Of a stretch of 24,645 bases of DNA, positions 24,251 through 24,645 are shown piece by piece. Location of the stretch: positions 1 through 24,645 of IMG/VR virus record IMGVR_UViG_3300037461_001246. One strand, written 5' to 3'. The notes under the pieces are model-generated. The model was not told where the DNA came from. It worked only from the letters and a program-made list of their open reading frames with translations, and did not search any database. The stretch is from a virus. Taxonomy: Duplodnaviria > Caudoviricetes. Position 1 is the stretch's first letter. The number at the start of each line of letters is the position of its first letter. The position numbers and the translations under genes are program-made.

Positions 24251-24321
24251 AGCCCTCCGACCCCCTCTTCGTCCTCGCGCGCGAGGCGCGCCGAGCGCGG
24301 GCCGAGGAGTCCCTCGCGTGA
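24247..24321 (+). CDS. 24-aa hypothetical peptide
   Basis: MKPSDPLFVLAREARRARAEESLA*; GTGA overlaps at both ends link the primase and resolvase frames. Confidence 0.5.
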   Translation: MKPSDPLFVLAREARRARAEESLA

Positions 24322-24554
24322 CCCGCCGCTCCCCACGGAAGGGCGCCGACGGGGAACGCGAGTGGCGGGACCAGCTCCGCGCCTGGGGCATCCCCGCCGA
24401 CCGCCTGGGCTACCTCCAGCGCGACGGGCTGGCCGCCCCGGACGTGGCGTGCGGCCTACCGGTCACCTGGGAGGTCAAGCGCCGTGGGGGGGCAGGGTTC
24501 GCCCTGCTCTACGGCGCGCTCGAGCAAGCCCGTGGCCTGTGGTGGCGGCCGTAG
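24318..24554 (+). pseudogene. Hjc-like PD-(D/E)xK Holliday junction resolvase, C-terminally truncated
   Basis: RKGADGERE..D.L...G....R.......PD.......EVKR...ALEQA, then runs across the junction near 24535 to a premature stop. Confidence 0.7.
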
Positions 24555-24613
24555 AGGGTGATCCCGCCGTCGCGGACGCACTCGGAGCAGAGGACGGTCT
24601 GAGGGGTGGTCAC
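24534..24613 (-). pseudogene. 5' part of the interrupted zinc-finger-like gene
   Basis: GTG 24613 (GTGA overlap; SD AAGGAG): MTTPQTVLCSECVRDGGITLYGRHHR; joins 23912 in frame. Confidence 0.6.
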
Positions 24614-24645
24614 GCGGCGGGCTCCTTGCGGGCGGCTTCGGCGTC
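24610..24645 (-). CDS. 3' end of an upstream hypothetical gene (partial)
   Basis: ...DAEAARKEPAA* ending in a GTGA overlap. Confidence 0.45.
   Translation of the reverse strand, partial: DAEAARKEPAA

Noticed and set aside
18344-24492. G7 runs at 18344-18350 and 24486-24492 as phase-variable tracts
   Set aside because: Short, in frame and expected at this GC content.
23913-24535. The island as an IS, MITE, intron or invertible segment
   Set aside because: No terminal inverted repeats, transposase or intron structure; the content is phage replication gene fragments; flipping it in place restores no gene.
1-24645. tRNA, rRNA, CRISPR array, reverse transcriptase/DGR, integrase or defence genes
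   Set aside because: None recognised by eye; intergenic gaps are mostly under about 70 nt. A covariance-model scan was not run.

Overview
High-GC segment of a tailed dsDNA phage or prophage (siphovirus-like), with almost every gene on the minus strand. From right to left it encodes small Cys-rich accessory genes, an XRE-type HTH regulator, terS, terL, an HK97-type portal fused to a MuF/gp7 domain, a prohead protease with a scaffold-like tail, an HK97-fold major capsid protein, two tandem paralogous putative decoration proteins and a Bbp16-like cement protein. These are followed by head-tail connector, neck and terminator genes, a tail tube, a holin/XhlA-like membrane protein, tail assembly chaperones joined by a -1 frameshift, a tape measure protein, a 1525-aa tail-tip protein, a collar-like protein, a DUF2460 (Dit-like) protein, two putative lipoproteins, a permuted NlpC/P60 (C92) enzyme and a collagen-repeat protein that runs off the left edge. 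Two signals are not explained by the gene list. (1) An exact 14-bp quasi-palindrome, GTAGCGATCCCTCA, occurs four times, each 3-4 nt upstream of a -10-like hexamer; two copies feed leaderless starts. This looks like a late-promoter/operator system. (2) A 623-bp inverted piece of a replication module (primase C-terminus, origin-like repeats, truncated resolvase) splits a small zinc-finger gene, which rejoins in frame when the piece is removed. All family assignments are by eye from motifs and synteny; no database searches were run and the host cannot be determined.
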